A stretch of 64,000 nucleotides of DNA, taken from the NCBI GenBank assembly GCA_002269645.1, contig NIVC01000386.1:558001-622000 (forward strand), read 5' to 3'. Within the stretch, counting starts at the first letter, position 1; each line of letters opens with the position of its first letter. The notes beneath the pieces were generated by a model that was not told the origin of the DNA, did no database searches, and saw only the letters and a list, made by a program, of their open reading frames with translations. Both the position numbers and the translations under genes were made by a program. The stretch comes from Macrostomum lignano (Eukaryota). Positions 60,813 through 64,000 of the stretch are shown here, piece by piece.

Positions 60813-61360
60813 GGAGGCGATTCCCTGAGGTTGGGAGGCGATTCCCTGAGGTTGGGAGGCGATTCCCTGAGGTTGGGAGGCGATTCCCTGAGGTTGGGAG
60901 ACGATTCCCTGAGGTTGGGAGGCGATTCCCGGAGCTGGGAGGCGATTCCCTGAGGTTGGGAGACGATTCCCTGAGGTTGGGAGGCGATTCCCGGAGCTGG
61001 GAGGCGATTCCCTGAGGTTGGGAGGCGATTCCCTGAGGTTGGGAGACGATTCCCTGAGGTTGGGAGGCGATTCCCGGAGCTGGGAGGCGATTCCCTGAGG
61101 TTGGGAGACGATTCCCTGAGGTTGGGAGGCGATTCCCGGAGCTGGGAGGCGATTCCCTGAGGTTGGGAGACGATTCCCTGAGGTTGGGAGGCGATTCCCT
61201 GAGGTTGGGAGACGATTCCCTGAGGTTGGGAGGCGATTCCCTGAGGTTGGGAGACGATTCCCTGAGGTTGGGAGGCGATTCCCTGAGGTTGGGAGACGAT
61301 TCCCTGAGGTTGGGAGGCGATTCCCTGAGGTTGGGAGGCGATTCCCTGAGGTTGGGAGGT
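60813..61360. repeat. 21-bp minisatellite (AGGCGATTCCCTGAGGTTGGG)n, ~26 copies
   Basis: Directly visible; some 20-bp CCGGAGCTGGG variants. Confidence 0.95.
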
Positions 61361-61832
61361 GAGCTGAAGTCGATACTGTGCCATTTAACTTGTAGAACTG
61401 TAGTCAATTCCGGTGCCACCAGTAGACAGCTGAGTTCAGTGGCTTCAACAGCGACTCAAATTTCAGCATTTAATCTGAGCTCCAAGGCTGAGAGTTCAGC
61501 TTTATGCTGCTAAAATTGAGATAAGAAATCTACTAGCTGTTTAAAGTATGGAAAAGTCAGCGAGCCAAGGCGAGTTATCGGTTGCCCTTGGAGACCAGCA
61601 GGTTAAGCCGTTTTATTTATAGCTGATAGCACCGCGAAGGAAAAGTACAAGTCATTAATCGACACTCGGGCTGCGTATAAAAAATGATTACTGAAGTGAG
61701 TTTGCTACGTTATGAATTTGCACCACTTGTCACTGCTGTTGAGGACAGGGCACCTCTGTCAGTCGGCCTCTCGTTTCTGTTTCTGTCATTCTAGTTTTTT
61801 AGTCAGTCAGTTATTTTACCAATTAAAAGCAC

Positions 61833-62372
61833 ACGTGAGTCAGAGTAAAAACCTGCGAGTCTGAGAGCAGGAGCACACCTGTGAGTCAGAGTAAAACCTG
61901 TGAGTCAGAGACCAGGAGCACACCTGTGAGTCAGAGTAAAAACCTGTGAGTCAGAGACCAGGAGCACATTTGTGAGTCAGAGACCAGGAGCACACCTGTG
62001 AGTCAGAGAGCAGAACACCCAAGTCAGAGACCAGGAGCACACCTGTGAGTCAGAGACCAGGAACACATCTGTGAGTCAGAGACCAGGAGCACATTTGTGA
62101 GTCAGAGACCAGGAACACATCTGTGAGTCAGAGACCAGGAGCACATTTGTGAGTTAGAGACCAGGAGCACACCTGTGAGTCAGAGAGCAGAACACCCAAG
62201 TCAGAGACCAGGAGCACACCTGTTAGTCAGAGACCAGGAGCACACCTGTGAGTCAGAGACCAGGAGCACACCTGTGAGTCAGAGACCAGGAGCACACCTG
62301 TGAGTCAGAGACCAGGAGCACACCTGTGAGTCAGAGACCAGGAGCACACCTGTGAGTCAGAGACCAGGAGTA
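61833..62372. repeat. 26-bp minisatellite (TGTGAGTCAGAGACCAGGAGCACACC)n
   Basis: Directly visible, with variants. Confidence 0.92.
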
Positions 62373-63180
62373 AATCTGATTCAGAGCAGGAGCGCACCGA
62401 TGAGTCTAAACGAAAAAAGCTGATTGAGAAGCCATACATGAGGTCAATTCTCTTCTCTTAATTTTGTGCTGTAGATAATTAATCTCTGCAAGCTCTCAAA
62501 GATTTATTCAATTCCGAAATTCGAGCCACAAAATGTTTTAACTGCTGCAAATTAGATTCTCTTCGAGGTGAGATAACAGATATGGAATATTAAAACAGCC
62601 GATTAGTGAATAACATAAAAGCCACAACGAGCATTGTCAAATGAAATTTAATCGGCATAAAATTACTGATTATTTTTAAGGACTATGGGTTAATTGCGTT
62701 TATTTATTTATTATATTTCACTGTATCGTTTTCGGTGAGAAAATAAGATCAAAAGGTGCCGGCCGCAGTGCTTTGACGACGCAGCGCGCACGCGATAATT
62801 GGGACAGGTGTGAGAAAACGAACGCCGAGCCCTTTTATTCTAGTCATAAAATGCGATGTCGGTTAATTAGCGCACAGGTGAGACAGATAATAAAATGCTG
62901 AAAGGAGTATGTACACCTGGGGTAGACAGAACTGATACGAGGGGGGGGGGGTTGCACAGCGGCGTGAGGCGGGTGTGGGAAATGCAAACCAAACCGCTAA
63001 CAAATCTTCTAAATCATAATAACTAAAAAAAGAGAAAATAACAGATTAGAAGTTTTACACAAAAATTACAATTATGCTTTACACTTGCCATATGCTTTTC
63101 TTATACTGTAGGTGATACCTGATTGGGCTAATGAGCAGAGGGGTCAGAGGAGACCTAGGGTTCCGAAGATGCAGGTGCAC

Positions 63181-63372
63181 ACAGAGGGCCAGGGGGACAG
63201 GAGCAGAGGGGCAGGGTAGGGGCAGAGGGGCAGGGAGGGGCAGAGGGGCAGGGAGGGGCAGAGGGGGCAGGGGAGGGGCAGAGGGGGCAGGGAGGGGCAG
63301 GGTAGGGGCAGAGGGGGCAGGGAGGGGCAGAGGGCAGGGGAGGTGCAGAGGGAGCAGGGGAAGAGCAGAGAG
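63181..63372. repeat. Purine-rich (GGGGCAGAGGGGCAGGGA)n repeat
   Basis: In the 3' region of the ING gene. Confidence 0.85.
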
Positions 63373-63483
63373 GGCAACGTAGCGGGCAGAGGGTCAGCAG
63401 GTACAGAATAACAGAAAACACAAACCAGAACTCAAAAAGTCTAACGAGTTCCCCGAAGCCGCCAGCGCAGTCATTCAGCCAGC

Positions 63484-63999
63484 TCAGGACTTCTTGTGCT
63501 TGCGAGCGTCCTGGCACTTGGGGCAGAACCACTTGCCCTTGGGCTTGGTGCTCAGGCCCACGCAGTTGAAGTGAAACCACTCGATCGGGCAGTCGACATT
63601 GTCGCAGCCGATCATGTCACCGTAGGACACCTGGTGGCAGATGCAGTAGGTCGGCTCGTTCGGGTCCACCGGCATGTCCAGCACCTCCGCCGGGTTGTTC
63701 GTCAGCGTCAGGGTCAGCGCCGCCGTGATCGGAAGGCCGGACGGCGGCAGTTGCGACGCTGCATCGTCGGCCGTGGATGCCGCTGTTCCCGCCTCCAGCT
63801 TGATGGACTTGCGCCCGGACGCCGCGTCGGCGCCGTTGTCCGCGTCGGCGCGCTGGCGCCGTTTCCGACCGCGTCGGGCGCCGCTTGGCTCGCCAGCGCC
63901 GTCGTCTCCACCGTCGACCGCGTCGGCGCCTCCGCCGCCGCCAGAAGCACCGACACCGGCGGCGCCACCGCCTTTAGCGGCGCGGTTGGCGCGCTCCTT
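63484..63999 (-). CDS. ING4/5: Inhibitor of growth ING4/ING5-like, C-terminal exon (NLS linker plus PHD finger); 5' part outside the window
   Basis: Open frame from the window edge: ...RRGRKRRQR...[58 protein letters not shown] at 63484. Confidence 0.93.
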   Translation of the reverse strand, partial: KERANRAAKGGGAAGVGASGGGGGADAVDGGDDGAGEPSGARRGRKRRQRADADNGADAASGRKSIKLEAGTAASTADDAASQLPPSGLPITAALTLTLTNNPAEVLDMPVDPNEPTYCICHQVSYGDMIGCDNVDCPIEWFHFNCVGLSTKPKGKWFCPKCQDARKHKKS

Positions 64000-64000
64000 G

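Overview
Eukaryotic, intron-rich animal DNA: GC-rich exons embedded in many unrelated tandem arrays. The style suggests a flatworm such as Macrostomum, but that is inference and was not tested. Most long ORFs in the track are translations of minisatellites. Splice-consistent genes I could rebuild: an EVA-1-like two-SUEL-lectin type-I membrane protein (+, 4470-22418), a secreted WSC-domain protein with a GC-AG intron (-, 30683-31383), casein kinase 1 gamma (-, 32547-35685), a divergent GDA1/CD39 NTPDase with an in-frame TAA (+, ~47323-48627), an 11-exon Reeler-DOMON-cytochrome b561 FRRS1-like gene (-, 49444-60347), and the last exon of ING4/5 (-, 63484 to window end). Two weaker gene fragments are also listed. 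Mobile elements: a very recent full-length Ty3/Gypsy (Mag-like) LTR retrotransposon with identical 235-bp LTRs (53419-58502), a 5'-truncated RNase H-bearing LINE with an 11-bp TSD (32803-33717), and a tRNA/CORE-type SINE (~48820-49065). The most interesting observations are: nearly every expanded intron carries its own private minisatellite; one such array is a 40-bp copy of the CK1 exon end plus 5' splice site; a CpG-void, TpA-rich island with a RIP-like signature lies at 35.9-39.5 kb; the Gypsy Pol ends in an in-frame (GQSA)n tract; and the apyrase is interrupted by a stop codon. No CRISPR, rRNA or bona fide tRNA gene was found.
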